Positions 10,026-20,050 of a stretch of DNA of 47,662 nt are shown piece by piece. Numbering within the stretch: the stretch's first letter is position 1; the number at the start of each line of letters is the position of its first letter. The translations under genes and the position numbers were made by a program. Location of the stretch: positions 1 to 47,662 of the forward strand of contig DATHRT010000109.1 in assembly GCA_035464915.1 (NCBI GenBank), written 5' to 3'. This DNA is from Candidatus Limnocylindria bacterium (GTDB lineage: Bacteria; Desulfobacterota; Deferrimicrobia; Deferrimicrobiales; Deferrimicrobiaceae). Below the pieces are notes generated by a model. It was not told where the DNA came from. It did no database searches and worked only from the letters and a program-made list of their open reading frames with translations.

Positions 10026-11183
10026 TTAGAGGCCCGCGGATTTGCGCAGCGCCTTCACCTTGTCGGTATTCTCCCATGTGAATTCCGGCAGCTCCCGTCC
10101 GAAATGGCCCAGGGCCGCGGTCTTCAGGTAGATCGGCCTGAGGAGGCGGAGGGTCCGGATGATCTTGGCGGGCCTCAGGTCGAACGTCTCGCGCACCGCC
10201 CGCTCGATCCTCCCCGGGGAAACGCTGGCCGTGCCGAAGGTATCCACCATGACGGACACCGGCTCCGCCACGCCGATGGCGTAGGCAAGCTGGAGTTCGC
10301 ATTTCGCCGCCAGCCCCGCGGCAACGATGTTCTTCGCCACGTACCGGGACATGTACGCGGCGCTCCTGTCGACCTTGGAGGGGTCCTTCCCGGAGAACGC
10401 CCCGCCGCCATGCCGGCTGTACCCGCCGTACGTATCTACGATGATCTTCCGTCCCGTCAGCCCCGTGTCGCCATGGGGTCCTCCGACGACGAACCTCCCG
10501 GTGGGGTTGATGTAGATCTTCGCCTTGCGGGACAGAAGGTCCGCCGGGATGCTCTTCCGGATGACCTCCTCGATGATTCCCTCGGTGAGCGTGCCCCTCT
10601 TCACACCCTCCGCGTGCTGAGAAGAGCAGACGACGGCGGTCACCTCGCGCGGAACGCCGTCGACGTACCGTACGGTCACCTGACTCTTCCCGTCGGGCCG
10701 GAGCCACGGCAACACCCTCTTCTCCCTCGCCTCGGTCAGCCGGCCGCATATCCGGTGGGCGAACGCGATCGGCATCGGCATCAACTCCTTCGTTTCGTTG
10801 CAGGCGAACCCGAACATCATCCCCTGGTCGCCGGCTCCCTGCTTCTCGACCGCCCCCCGGTCGACTCCGCGGGCGATATCGGGAGACTGTCTGTCGACCG
10901 CCATCACGACAGCGCAGTTGTTCGCGTCGAACCCCTTTGCGTTCTCCGTGTACCCGATGGCGGTGATGGTCTGCCGAACCAAGGCGGGGATGTCGATCAG
11001 GGCGTTCGTAGTGATCTCCCCGGCCACGATGACGAGACCGGTCGTCACCATCGTCTCGCAGGCCACTCTCCCCCGGGGATCCTTCCGGATGATCTCGTCA
11101 AGAATCGCGTCGGATATCTGGTCCGCAACCTTGTCGGGATGCCCTCCCGTTACTGACTCCGAGGTGAAAAGATGCTCTCCCAT
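10026..11183 (-). CDS. metK: S-adenosylmethionine synthase
   Basis: Track ORF 10026..11465 trimmed to ATG 11183 (385 aa). Motifs [28 protein letters not shown] and [19 protein letters not shown]. Confidence 0.95.
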   Translation of the reverse strand: MGEHLFTSESVTGGHPDKVADQISDAILDEIIRKDPRGRVACETMVTTGLVIVAGEITTNALIDIPALVRQTITAIGYTENAKGFDANNCAVVMAVDRQSPDIARGVDRGAVEKQGAGDQGMMFGFACNETKELMPMPIAFAHRICGRLTEAREKRVLPWLRPDGKSQVTVRYVDGVPREVTAVVCSSQHAEGVKRGTLTEGIIEEVIRKSIPADLLSRKAKIYINPTGRFVVGGPHGDTGLTGRKIIVDTYGGYSRHGGGAFSGKDPSKVDRSAAYMSRYVAKNIVAAGLAAKCELQLAYAIGVAEPVSVMVDTFGTASVSPGRIERAVRETFDLRPAKIIRTLRLLRPIYLKTAALGHFGRELPEFTWENTDKVKALRKSAGL

Positions 11184-11222
11184 GCCGCAGAACTCCTGTA
11201 GAGGAAAATGGAAAACTGACGA

Positions 11223-11228
11223 ATTATA
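11223..11228 (-). promoter_or_regulatory. Candidate -10 box (perfect TATAAT) upstream of metK
   Basis: On the minus strand, TATAAT lies 39 nt upstream of the metK ATG and 2 nt after the ptsI stop. The hexamer 17 nt upstream (TTCCCG) is a poor -35. Confidence 0.25.
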
Positions 11229-11230
11229 CT

Positions 11231-12994
11231 TCAGAATCGTTCTTCCGGGAACAGCTCTCCCAATCGTTTCATCAATTTCCCGGCGATATCGGCCGCTGTG
11301 GTATGGGCAAGAATCTCTCCCACGAATTCCCGCGCCTCGTATGCCACCGATTTCCGGAGAATCCGCTTCACGCGCGGAATGGAGGTCGCGTTCATGCTCC
11401 ACTCGTCCATCCCCAGGCCGAGAAGGACGTAGGAATAGAGGGGCTCGCCCGCCATCTCGCCGCACATGGCTACCGGGATTCCCGCATCATGTCCTCCCTC
11501 GACGATCCGGCGGACCAGCCGAAGGATCGCCGGGTGCAACGGCTCGTAGAGGTACGAGACGTGCTCGTTCACCCGGTCGATGGCGAGAACATACTGGATG
11601 AGGTCGTTCGTCCCGATGCTGAAGAAGTCCACCTCCCTCGCCAGCTGGTCTGCGACGATCGCCGCCGAAGGAATCTCCACCATGATTCCCACGCGCAAGT
11701 GGCGATCGTACGAAATACGTCTCTTCCTAAGCTCCGACCGCGCCTCATCGACGACCGTGAGAGCCTCGCGCAGTTCGCCGACCCCGGAGATCATGGGGAA
11801 CATCATCTGGACCTGGCCGTACGAAGAGGCGCGCAGGATGGCCCGAAGCTGCTGCTTGAAGATCTCCCGCTCCCGAAGGCAGAACCGGATCGCCCGCAGC
11901 CCCATCGCGGGGTTCATCTCCTCGGCCAGTTCGAGCTGCGACACAAATTTGTCCCCTCCCAGATCGACGGTCCGGATCGTGACGGGATGGCGGCCGAACT
12001 TCTCCGCAATGCGGCGGTAGGTCTGGAAGTGTTCCTCCTCTGAAGGCAGGTCCCTGCGGTTGAGGTACAGAAATTCGGTCCGGTACAATCCCACGCCGTC
12101 CGCTCCGCTTCGCAACGCCACGTCCGCCTCCTCGGGAAACTCGATGTTCGCGAGAAGCTTGAGCGTCTTCCCGTCCTTCGTGACGGCGGGGAGCTTGGCG
12201 AACTTCGCAAGGTCCCGAATGCGGAGGGCATACGACTTCTGCTTATCCGTGTATTCCTTTACCGTCTCGGGGGTGGGCCCGAGGATCACGACTCCCTCCT
12301 CCCCGTCGACGATGACCTCCTCGTTTTCCGCGAATTCCGCTGTCACGCGCTCCAGCCCCACCACGGCGGGGATGCCGAGAGAGCGGGCGGTGATCGCTGT
12401 GTGCGAGGTCTTGCTTCCCACGTCGGTAGCAAAGCCCAGAACCGGGCTTTTCAATATCTGCGCCGTATCGGCCGGGGAGAGGTCGTGCGCGATCACCACC
12501 ACCGGTTCCTTGATGGAGGCTACCGATTCCATGGGGCGGCCGGCCAGGTTCTCGAGCACCCGGTGGCCGATCTGCCGGAGATCCTGCCCCCGCTCCCGCA
12601 GGTACTTGTCCTCGATGCGGTGGAACGTCTCGAGCAGGTTCTGCAATACCTTGTTGAACGCCCAGTCCGCCTTGAACTGGTTTTCGCGTATGAGGCGGAG
12701 CGTCTGGTCGATTAGCATCGAGTCCTCGAGAAGAGCGAGGTGGACGGAGAGGATCTGGTAATGATCCGTGGACTGGTCCTTCACGCCGTCCCGGATCGTT
12801 TGAATCTGCTCCTTGGAGCGGGCCACGGCCCGGAGGAACGCGGCGACCTCCTCGTCGGTTTTGTCCTTGGATATCGTCGAGTGGACGGACCGCGGGAGCG
12901 CACGGTTGACAAAGAACGCCTTTCCGATGGCAATGCCGGGGGAGGCGGGGATACCCTGCAGCATCTTCATCGGGGAGCGCGCTCTATCGGACAA
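11231..12994 (-). CDS. ptsI: Phosphoenolpyruvate-protein phosphotransferase (PTS Enzyme I)
   Basis: Track ORF, 587 aa. [17 protein letters not shown] phospho-His region and a PEP-utilising barrel (GTNDLIQY). The track start is TTG at 12994, preceded by GAGGAGGAGGAG. Internal ATGs at 12970 and 12964 are alternatives. Confidence 0.9.
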   Translation of the reverse strand: MSDRARSPMKMLQGIPASPGIAIGKAFFVNRALPRSVHSTISKDKTDEEVAAFLRAVARSKEQIQTIRDGVKDQSTDHYQILSVHLALLEDSMLIDQTLRLIRENQFKADWAFNKVLQNLLETFHRIEDKYLRERGQDLRQIGHRVLENLAGRPMESVASIKEPVVVIAHDLSPADTAQILKSPVLGFATDVGSKTSHTAITARSLGIPAVVGLERVTAEFAENEEVIVDGEEGVVILGPTPETVKEYTDKQKSYALRIRDLAKFAKLPAVTKDGKTLKLLANIEFPEEADVALRSGADGVGLYRTEFLYLNRRDLPSEEEHFQTYRRIAEKFGRHPVTIRTVDLGGDKFVSQLELAEEMNPAMGLRAIRFCLREREIFKQQLRAILRASSYGQVQMMFPMISGVGELREALTVVDEARSELRKRRISYDRHLRVGIMVEIPSAAIVADQLAREVDFFSIGTNDLIQYVLAIDRVNEHVSYLYEPLHPAILRLVRRIVEGGHDAGIPVAMCGEMAGEPLYSYVLLGLGMDEWSMNATSIPRVKRILRKSVAYEAREFVGEILAHTTAADIAGKLMKRLGELFPEERF

Positions 12995-12999
12995 GGTAC

Positions 13000-13317
13000 C
13001 TACTCCTCCTCCTCGAATTTCTCCGCGATCAATCCTCCGATCGCATCCACGGCCTCGTGGGCGTCCGGCCCCTTGGCGGACACCGATATGAGGGACTCCC
13101 GGTGTGCCGCAAGCATCAGAACCCCCATAATGCTCTTGCCGTTCACCTCCAATCCCTCCCTTTCCAGCCGGATCTCCGAGGAGAAGCGGTTGGCAAGACG
13201 GACGAGCTTCGCCGCGGCCCGGGCATGCAGCCCCAGTTTGTTCACGATCTCGAACCGGCGTTCGACCTTCTGCAATTCCACTGCCATATCGTCCATCCCG
13301 TCTCCCTCCACCGTCAT
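13000..13317 (-). CDS. ptsH: Phosphocarrier protein HPr
   Basis: GLHARAA (His-15 site) and GKSIMGV (Ser-46 site, the HprK target). I chose ATG at 13317, which overlaps the IID stop (ATGA). The track start is TTG at 13323, and ATGs at 13296 and 13287 are also possible. Confidence 0.85.
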   Translation of the reverse strand: MTVEGDGMDDMAVELQKVERRFEIVNKLGLHARAAAKLVRLANRFSSEIRLEREGLEVNGKSIMGVLMLAAHRESLISVSAKGPDAHEAVDAIGGLIAEKFEEEE

Positions 13318-14072
13318 TGCCAAAGAATCAGCGTCCCGATGAGGAGAAGCAGGACGAGAACTTCCGAAGGCGAAACCGCTTTCCGGAAAAAAACCGTGTA
13401 CAGATGAACGGCCAGGGCGGCAATGAGAAAGACCCCCAGCTCCATCCAGGCTCCGCCGAACAGATAAGCCGTGTGGCTGGCCACCACCCCGCCATAGGCT
13501 CCGCCCAGAATGGCGGCGATCATCTTCCTGTCCTCCGTTTTCCCGGTGAACCCCGCTTCCTTCAGGAACCGGACCGCGCTCTCCTCGCCTCCCATGCCTG
13601 CGGCGAACCCCCGATAACGCAGCACCAGATGAGAACTATTGTAAAGAAACAGGAGCATCGCGATTCCCAGAAGAGGATGGACGAATGCCAGTATCGCGCC
13701 CGCCACGGAGGCCATCGGCTTCAGCGCCCCCCAGAAGTACGAGTCCCCGATCGCCCCGAGGGAACCCATCAGCCCCACCTTGAACGTACCGACCGCCCTC
13801 GGATCCACCTTCCCTTCCGCCACGCGCTCCTCGAGCCGGATCGTCGCCCCCAGGATCACCGTCGCCATCGACGGGTGCGTGTTGAAGAACTCGAGGTGGC
13901 GCTTCAGCGCCCGGGAGAACTCTTCCGGCCGGCCCTCGTAGCGGTCGCGGAGCGCAGGAAGAATGCTGTAGGCAAACCCGACATTCTGCATTCCCTCGTA
14001 GTTCCAGCAGGCCTGCAGGAGAAACTGGCGGAACCAGACCCTCCGGCGAACACGCAACGGGATATCGCTCAT
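13314..14072 (-). CDS. PTS mannose/fructose/sorbose-family IID component
   Basis: Track ORF 13314..14765 trimmed to ATG 14072 (252 aa). Strong IID signatures: WNYEGMQNVGFAYS, RHLEFFNTHP and KVGLMGSLGAIGD. Confidence 0.85.
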   Translation of the reverse strand: MSDIPLRVRRRVWFRQFLLQACWNYEGMQNVGFAYSILPALRDRYEGRPEEFSRALKRHLEFFNTHPSMATVILGATIRLEERVAEGKVDPRAVGTFKVGLMGSLGAIGDSYFWGALKPMASVAGAILAFVHPLLGIAMLLFLYNSSHLVLRYRGFAAGMGGEESAVRFLKEAGFTGKTEDRKMIAAILGGAYGGVVASHTAYLFGGAWMELGVFLIAALAVHLYTVFFRKAVSPSEVLVLLLLIGTLILWQ

Positions 14073-14770
14073 CAGACCAGCCACCGAAAGAAGAAGATCG
14101 CGGAGAAAACGCACCCCATCGTCAGATAGAACACGGGCGAGGTCCGGTCCGTCCTGCTGCAGGAAAAGACCGCCGCTGCCCCGAGGAGAGGGATCGCGGG
14201 CAGGAGGATGCCGAACTGGAAGTGGCTCTCCGGACCGAACCGGGGGAGGAGAAATCTCGCCAGGAAGACGCCGAGACCGGAGAACAGGAGTGTGAGCGCC
14301 ACTCCGAAAACCCCGAAGAGGACGAGACCGGCCATCAGGCCGTTCTCCACCGCCAGGGAATCCCCCTTCTCCAGCCGTTCGACGGTCAGGTGAGCGATTC
14401 TTCCGTTCACCCTTCGCACGAGGCGGTCTGCGTACTTCCCGAGTTCGGCACATAACACGGATAGCAGGAGAATCGCAGCGAAATTTCCCGAATCGAGCCC
14501 GATCGAGGAAGATGCCGCAGCCGCGGCTGCTCCGCCGAACATGGCGGCACCGGTGTCGTCGGGGGGTATCGAAGCCCCGACGGGGAGGCGCACGATGTAG
14601 AGAAGTTCCAGCACCGCCCCCACCTGCGCCCCCGCGGCGAAGTTTCCGAAAATCGCCCCCATGACGGGCGCCACGACGAGGGGCCGATGCAGCATCACCT
14701 GGAACGCGGCGGTCCGATCGAGATAGCAGATCCCCCCCCACGCAGCGGCCAAAAGGAAACTCCACGCCAT
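14072..14770 (-). CDS. PTS mannose/fructose/sorbose-family IIC component
   Basis: Track ORF 14072..14857 trimmed to ATG 14770 (232 aa). IIC-like pattern LD..AFQVMLHRPLVVAPVMG..G..LELL and polytopic membrane character. Sits between IIB and IID. Confidence 0.75.
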   Translation of the reverse strand: MAWSFLLAAAWGGICYLDRTAAFQVMLHRPLVVAPVMGAIFGNFAAGAQVGAVLELLYIVRLPVGASIPPDDTGAAMFGGAAAAAASSSIGLDSGNFAAILLLSVLCAELGKYADRLVRRVNGRIAHLTVERLEKGDSLAVENGLMAGLVLFGVFGVALTLLFSGLGVFLARFLLPRFGPESHFQFGILLPAIPLLGAAAVFSCSRTDRTSPVFYLTMGCVFSAIFFFRWLV

Positions 14771-14775
14771 CGCCG

Positions 14776-15249
14776 TTACCTGTCGGGTCCGAACGAGGTG
14801 CCAGCTTCGAACGGGGTCGCCTTGACGGTTACGGCCACGCCCTGGAGGGAAAGGCAATGAACGGCCTCGAAGTCCTCCCGGGTGAAATACACCGAGGGGG
14901 CAATCTCCACCTTCCCCTCCGCGTAATGCAGGTTTCCGATGTTCAGGGTGGAAAAACGGACACCGCGACGGAATATGTCGAGAGCGTCGCCAAACGTAGA
15001 GCAGAGAAGAATCGCCTTCTCTCCCAGCCGATCGATCTCGGAAAGGGCGGGACCGACCTCGTCTACACGACAGAAGACGGCGTGGATGTCCGGCGGCACG
15101 GCGATCTCCATGACCGACCTCTGGAACGTGTTGCCGACGAGGTCGTCGTTGGCCACTACGAGACAGTTGGCCCCCGTGTGGGGAACCCAGGTTTCCACCA
15201 CCTGTCCGTGGATCAGCCGACAGTCTACCCGCACCAGAACGAGGGACAT
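14776..15249 (-). CDS. PTS mannose-family IIB component
   Basis: Track ORF, 157 aa. N-terminal VRVDCRLIHGQV contains the IIB(Man) phospho-His motif. Confidence 0.85.
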   Translation of the reverse strand: MSLVLVRVDCRLIHGQVVETWVPHTGANCLVVANDDLVGNTFQRSVMEIAVPPDIHAVFCRVDEVGPALSEIDRLGEKAILLCSTFGDALDIFRRGVRFSTLNIGNLHYAEGKVEIAPSVYFTREDFEAVHCLSLQGVAVTVKATPFEAGTSFGPDR

Positions 15250-15254
15250 CGCTT

Positions 15255-15665
15255 CTATTTTTCCGCCTTCTTCTTGAGCATGTCGCCCGGTATCGTGATG
15301 TTCCGTTGGCCGTATTCGAGAAGATGTTTCGCCAGCTCGGGGAGGGACATCGACGACCGTGCCATCGGAAGCTTCACCATCATCGGCAGGTTCACGCCCG
15401 TCACCACTTCCACCTGATGGGTCGCGAGAAACGACAGGCCGATATTGGAGGGTGTGCCGCCGAACATGTCGATGAGGAGGAGAACGCCCTTTCCCGCATC
15501 GACCGTCCGGATAGCCGCCTCCACCGCCGTATGGATCTCCTCCATCCCCATCTTCGGGTGGATGTCCACCGTCACGGTGTTCTCGATCTTCCCGACGATG
15601 ATTTCTGCAGCGCGCAGGATCTCGGAAGCAAGCTGCCCATGGGAAATCAGTACGACGCCGATCAT
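15255..15665 (-). CDS. PTS mannose-family IIA component
   Basis: Track ORF 15255..15794 trimmed to ATG 15665 (136 aa, MIGVVLISHGQLA with the IIA(Man) His). The start overlaps the rapZ stop (ATGA). Confidence 0.85.
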   Translation of the reverse strand: MIGVVLISHGQLASEILRAAEIIVGKIENTVTVDIHPKMGMEEIHTAVEAAIRTVDAGKGVLLLIDMFGGTPSNIGLSFLATHQVEVVTGVNLPMMVKLPMARSSMSLPELAKHLLEYGQRNITIPGDMLKKKAEK

Positions 15666-16561
15666 AGGGGTCTCCTGAAATAGGAAGGTGACCTGCTGAT
15701 GTCGCGATGGACCACGATGGGAGCTACCGGCTTGGGGAGAAAGCGCTTCACCTCCTCCGCCACGACCACCGAGCGATGCCTCCCCCCCGTACATCCCACG
15801 CCCAACGTGAAATAGGCCTTCCCTTCCTTTGTATAAAGGGGGAGGAGGAACTGCAAGAAAGAGGTCAGTTTCCCGAAAAACGTCCGGGCGGACCGGCTCT
15901 TCATGACGTAATTCCGGACCTTGCGGTCCAGCCCGGTCAATGGTTTCAGCTCGGAGACGAAATTGGGGTTGGGAAGGAACCGTACGTCCACCACCATATC
16001 GGCCTCGAGGGGAATCCCGTACTTGTATCCGAAGGATATGATTCCCACCTGGAGGCCCGACTTCTCGCTCGGCCGAAATCTCCGGACGATGGTGTCCCGC
16101 AGCTGGTGGACCGTGTACTGGGAGGTGCTGAGGACCGTGTCGGCCATATCCCGGAGGGGGGAGAGCATCTCCCGTTCCCTTCGGATCGCCTCCTTCGCCC
16201 CGCCCCGCTCGGCAAGCGGGTGCTTTCTCCTCGTCTCGCTGAATCGAAGGAGAAGGACGTCGTCCCCTGCGTCGAGAAACAGGACATGGACGTCGTGCCG
16301 CCCGCGCCGCAGCTCCTCGATAACCTGCGCGAAATCGGGCAGGAATTTCCGTCCCCGCACGTCCGCCACGAGCGCGATTCGGGCCGTGTCATCCCGTGCT
16401 TCGGAGACAAGGTCCACGATCTTCGGGAGAAGCACCGGCGGAAGGTTGTCGACGCAGAAATAGTCTATATCCTCGAACACCTTTATCGCCGTGCTCTTTC
16501 CCGATCCGGACAGGCCGGTCACCACGACGATGCGGGCGCGGGGTCTCCGGTGCGCCGTCAT
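15662..16561 (-). CDS. rapZ: RNase adapter protein RapZ (YhbJ)
   Basis: Track ORF, 299 aa. P-loop GLSGSGKST and C-terminal GCTGGRHRSV motif. Start overlaps the hprK stop (ATGA). Confidence 0.9.
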   Translation of the reverse strand: MTAHRRPRARIVVVTGLSGSGKSTAIKVFEDIDYFCVDNLPPVLLPKIVDLVSEARDDTARIALVADVRGRKFLPDFAQVIEELRRGRHDVHVLFLDAGDDVLLLRFSETRRKHPLAERGGAKEAIRREREMLSPLRDMADTVLSTSQYTVHQLRDTIVRRFRPSEKSGLQVGIISFGYKYGIPLEADMVVDVRFLPNPNFVSELKPLTGLDRKVRNYVMKSRSARTFFGKLTSFLQFLLPLYTKEGKAYFTLGVGCTGGRHRSVVVAEEVKRFLPKPVAPIVVHRDISRSPSYFRRPL

Positions 16562-17496
16562 TCCGGTTCGCTCCCTCTCGCCAGCTTCCCCTGGCGCTCC
16601 ACCAGATCCGCAGCGGAGAAGACTCCCCGTTTCTTCAGCAGATAGTTCCGGACCGCCACTTCCACGATCGTAGCGAGGTTTCGGCCGGGGGAGACGGGGA
16701 TAAGGAACGTCGGCAGGCTCACCTCGAGGAGATCCGTGCGCCGGTCCTCCAGGCCGAGGCGGTCGTATTCCTTACCGGCGTCCCATTCCTCGATCTGGAT
16801 GACCATTTCCACCTTCTTCTGGTCCACGATCGCCGTGGGGCCAAACAGGTCCCGGATATTGATGATCCCGAGGCCGCGAATCTCCATGTAGTACCTGGTC
16901 ATGTCGTCCCCGGCCCCCAGGATGGTCTCCGGCCCCCGTTTCTCCAGGTGAATGACGTCGTCGGATACGAACCGGTGCCCCCGAAGGATGAGGTCCAGCG
17001 CGCACTCGCTCTTTCCGACTCCGCTCTTTCCCAGGAGGGCTACTCCCACCCCGAGGATTTCCATCAGGACCCCGTAAACCGTAACGGTCTCGGTAAACAT
17101 CCGCTCAAGGTTCCGCAGCACCTCGTGTATGAGATCCGAGGTGGAGAGATCGGAGACGAGCAACGGAACCCCCCGGCGTTCGGCTGTCTCCACCAACAGG
17201 GCGGGAAGAGGGAGCGAAGCTCCCGCGATGGCGCACGGCATCGGCCGGGAGAAAAAAAGATCGGCGATCCGGGCCTGCCGGTCGGGGGACTGGTTCCGGA
17301 AATAGGTGACCTCGGTCTCCCCCAGAATCTGGATCTTTCCCGGGTGTATGGAGTCGACCTCCCCCGTGATCCCGAGCCCGGTCTTTTGTACTCTTCTGTC
17401 GGAGATCTCGCGGGACAGACCGCTCGCCCCCGAGGCCAGCCGCAGACGGAAGAGATCGGCACAGGACTTGAGGAAACGGTCTACCGTAACCGGCAC
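16558..17496 (-). CDS. hprK: HPr kinase/phosphorylase
   Basis: Track ORF, 312 aa. Walker A GKSGVGKSECALDL plus RGHRFVSDD. GTG start preceded by AAGGAGG. Confidence 0.9.
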   Translation of the reverse strand: MPVTVDRFLKSCADLFRLRLASGASGLSREISDRRVQKTGLGITGEVDSIHPGKIQILGETEVTYFRNQSPDRQARIADLFFSRPMPCAIAGASLPLPALLVETAERRGVPLLVSDLSTSDLIHEVLRNLERMFTETVTVYGVLMEILGVGVALLGKSGVGKSECALDLILRGHRFVSDDVIHLEKRGPETILGAGDDMTRYYMEIRGLGIINIRDLFGPTAIVDQKKVEMVIQIEEWDAGKEYDRLGLEDRRTDLLEVSLPTFLIPVSPGRNLATIVEVAVRNYLLKKRGVFSAADLVERQGKLARGSEPE

Positions 17497-17527
17497 GTCA
17501 TGTGCCTCCTTTGCCGGAGCAGCCTCT

Positions 17528-17989
17528 TTACGAACCGGCGTCCTCCTCGTTGAGGAGTTTTCGCAGTTCGTCGACGTCCGCCGCCTCGAGGAGCGACCGC
17601 CGGAACCGCTCGTCCTTGAGCAGACGGGAAATGCGCGCGAGCGCCTTCAGGTGCATCCCGGCCGAATTTTCGGGGGCCATAATCAGGAAGAACAGATGAG
17701 CCGGTTTGCCGTCCAGGGAGTGGAACGGGACGCCGTTGCGGCTCCTGCCGAATGCGGCGACCAGGCGCTCGATTCCGGCCACCTTGCCGTGCGGAATGGC
17801 CACCCCGTCCCCGATGCCCGTACTGCCCAGGCTTTCCCTTTCCATCAGGATGGCGGCCAGGGAGGTCGTCGAAAGCTTCGGAACGGACTTCGCAATCACC
17901 TCGGACAGTTCCCGAAGGACGCCCTCCTTCGTATCCGCCCGAAGGTTGTCCACGATCGCCTCGGGAGAGACGATATCCTGGATCTTCAT
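17528..17989 (-). CDS. ptsN: PTS IIA-Ntr (nitrogen regulatory IIA)
   Basis: Track ORF, 153 aa. GIGDGVAIPHG phospho-His motif. Canonical position after hpf, with an ATGA overlap. Confidence 0.85.
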   Translation of the reverse strand: MKIQDIVSPEAIVDNLRADTKEGVLRELSEVIAKSVPKLSTTSLAAILMERESLGSTGIGDGVAIPHGKVAGIERLVAAFGRSRNGVPFHSLDGKPAHLFFLIMAPENSAGMHLKALARISRLLKDERFRRSLLEAADVDELRKLLNEEDAGS

Positions 17990-18525
17990 CGGGCCATGGG
18001 CTCCGTGAACCCGATGTTCCCGTCCTGCTGCCGGAATACGACGCTCGGCTGGTTGGTCTCCTGGTTGACGAACATGAACACGTCTACCTTCATGATGTCG
18101 AGGTAATGAGCCGCGTCCTCCACGCTCATCGGCTTCGGAATGAAGTTGTCGTGGCGTATGATGCGGGGGCCCGTCTCGCCTTCGCTGATCGTCAGGGAGG
18201 ACCCGGAAACGATCGGCTCCACCGAGAGGCCCGTATTCTTATCCTTTCTCTTCTCCCGGTACTTCTTCGTCTGCCGCTCGACCTTGTCGCAGACAAGGTC
18301 GATGGCGGAATACAGGTTGTCGGTGGATTCGAATGCCTTGATCGTGATGCCTCGTGACGTCAGAAAGACCTCCGCGATGTGGCGGTATTTTTCCACGGAA
18401 AGCGTCACGTTCGCCTCGAAGGTATCGTCCAGGATCTTCTGGATCTTTCCCAGCTTTTCGGAAACATAGTCCTTGAGAGGCTGGCTCGGGTTGATGTGAC
18501 GGAACGTCACGGAGATGTTGGACAC
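17986..18525 (-). CDS. hpf: Ribosome hibernation promoting factor (long HPF)
   Basis: Track ORF, 179 aa. Sigma-54 modulation/RaiA-type N-terminal domain plus a C-terminal dimerisation domain (PKPMSVEDAAHYLD..FVN). Directly downstream of rpoN. Confidence 0.9.
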   Translation of the reverse strand: MSNISVTFRHINPSQPLKDYVSEKLGKIQKILDDTFEANVTLSVEKYRHIAEVFLTSRGITIKAFESTDNLYSAIDLVCDKVERQTKKYREKRKDKNTGLSVEPIVSGSSLTISEGETGPRIIRHDNFIPKPMSVEDAAHYLDIMKVDVFMFVNQETNQPSVVFRQQDGNIGFTEPMAR

Positions 18526-18562
18526 GCGGTTTCCTCCTTTGTTCGATGCGTTTCACTTCTGC

Positions 18563-20035
18563 CTAAAACAGCTTCTTTCTCTTGGACGACGGCAGCACTC
18601 CCATCGCCTGACGGTACTTGGTGACCGTGCGGCGGGCGATCCGGATTCCCTGGTTACGGAGGATCCGTACGAGGTCCTGGTCGCTCAACGGTTTCTCCTC
18701 CCCCTCGCCTTTTATGATCTCCAGGATCTCCTCCTTCACCGACTTGGATGCGATATTCTCCTCGCCCCCGTCCCGGTTCAGGCCGGAATTGAAGAAAAAC
18801 TTCAGTTCGAAGATCCCGTGGGGCGTGTACACGTACTTGTTGTTCGTCACCCGGGACACCGTCGATTCGTGCATGGAGATGTCTTCCGCGACATCCCGGA
18901 GCGTCAGGGGTTTCAGGTTCTTCGGGCCGGTCTCGAGAAATTCCCGTTGTAGCTTCATGATGCTTTCCACAACCTTGTAGATGGTCCGCTGTCGCTGATG
19001 GATGCTCTTGATGAACCAGAGAGCGGAGTTGATTTTCTGCTTCAGGAATTCCTTGTCCTCCTTGCCGAGCCGGTCTCCGGCGGAAAGGAGGTCCCGGTAG
19101 TACGAACTGAGCCGGAGGCGCGGCTGGCCGTCCTCGTTCAGCGTGACCACCCACTCATTGTCCCTCTTGATCACATAGGCGTCCGGGGTGATGTAGTGCA
19201 CGTCGTCCCCCAGAAACGCCCTGCCGGGCTTCGGCCAAAGCGTCACCAGCTTCTGGAAGGCCTCCCGGACGACCTCCCGGGAGAGTTTGAGCCGCCTCGC
19301 GACGCCTGCCACATCCCCGCGGGTGAAGAGATCGAAGTGCTCGGTGAGGATCCTCAAGGGGAGGGTGAATTCCTCGCCCTTCTCCCGGGCCTGGATCATC
19401 AGGCACTCCCGGAGGTCGCGGGCCCCCACGCCGGCCGGGTCCAGCGTCTGGATCTTCGCGATCGCCCGCTCCACCTCCTCGAGCGTCTTCCCAAGGGCGC
19501 TTGCGGTCTCCTCGGCGGATACCTTGAGATATCCGTTGTCATCGATGTTACCGATCAGGTAGGGGGCGATCTCCGTCACCGCATCGTCCGCGGGGGACAG
19601 GTTGATCTGCATTTCGAGGTATTCCGCGAGGGAGGGCTTCCGGGTAAGAAGGTTCTCGTAGTAGGGCCGGCCGTCCTCCTCCTCGCGATCACGCTCCCCG
19701 CGGGTTCCGGACGCCGTGGCGTTATCCCCGAAATAGTAGTCCCAGTCGACGCGGTCGATCAGCTCCCTGGCTGCCGGAGCCTCGGAAGCCTCGATACTGT
19801 CCGACCCGGCTTCCAAGGGAGACGCCTCCATCGCCTCCTCTCCTTCCGGCCCTTCCTGTCCTTCCGGGGACTCCTCGGCATCCTCCTCCAGGGCGGGATT
19901 CACCTCGAGCTCCTCCCGTACCGCCTGCTGCAGTTCCAGGCGCGACAGTTGCAGGAGCTTGATTGCCTGCTGCAGCTGCGGGGTCATCACCAGCTGCTGG
20001 CTGAGCTTCAGGGACTGTCGTAGTTCCAAGGCCAT
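18563..20035 (-). CDS. rpoN: RNA polymerase sigma-54 factor
   Basis: Track ORF, 490 aa. Region I LKLSQQLVMTPQLQQAIKLLQLSRLEL, an acidic region II, and the RpoN box ARRTVTKYR. Confidence 0.95.
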   Translation of the reverse strand: MALELRQSLKLSQQLVMTPQLQQAIKLLQLSRLELQQAVREELEVNPALEEDAEESPEGQEGPEGEEAMEASPLEAGSDSIEASEAPAARELIDRVDWDYYFGDNATASGTRGERDREEEDGRPYYENLLTRKPSLAEYLEMQINLSPADDAVTEIAPYLIGNIDDNGYLKVSAEETASALGKTLEEVERAIAKIQTLDPAGVGARDLRECLMIQAREKGEEFTLPLRILTEHFDLFTRGDVAGVARRLKLSREVVREAFQKLVTLWPKPGRAFLGDDVHYITPDAYVIKRDNEWVVTLNEDGQPRLRLSSYYRDLLSAGDRLGKEDKEFLKQKINSALWFIKSIHQRQRTIYKVVESIMKLQREFLETGPKNLKPLTLRDVAEDISMHESTVSRVTNNKYVYTPHGIFELKFFFNSGLNRDGGEENIASKSVKEEILEIIKGEGEEKPLSDQDLVRILRNQGIRIARRTVTKYRQAMGVLPSSKRKKLF

Positions 20036-20050
20036 AATTTTCCCGGCTGC

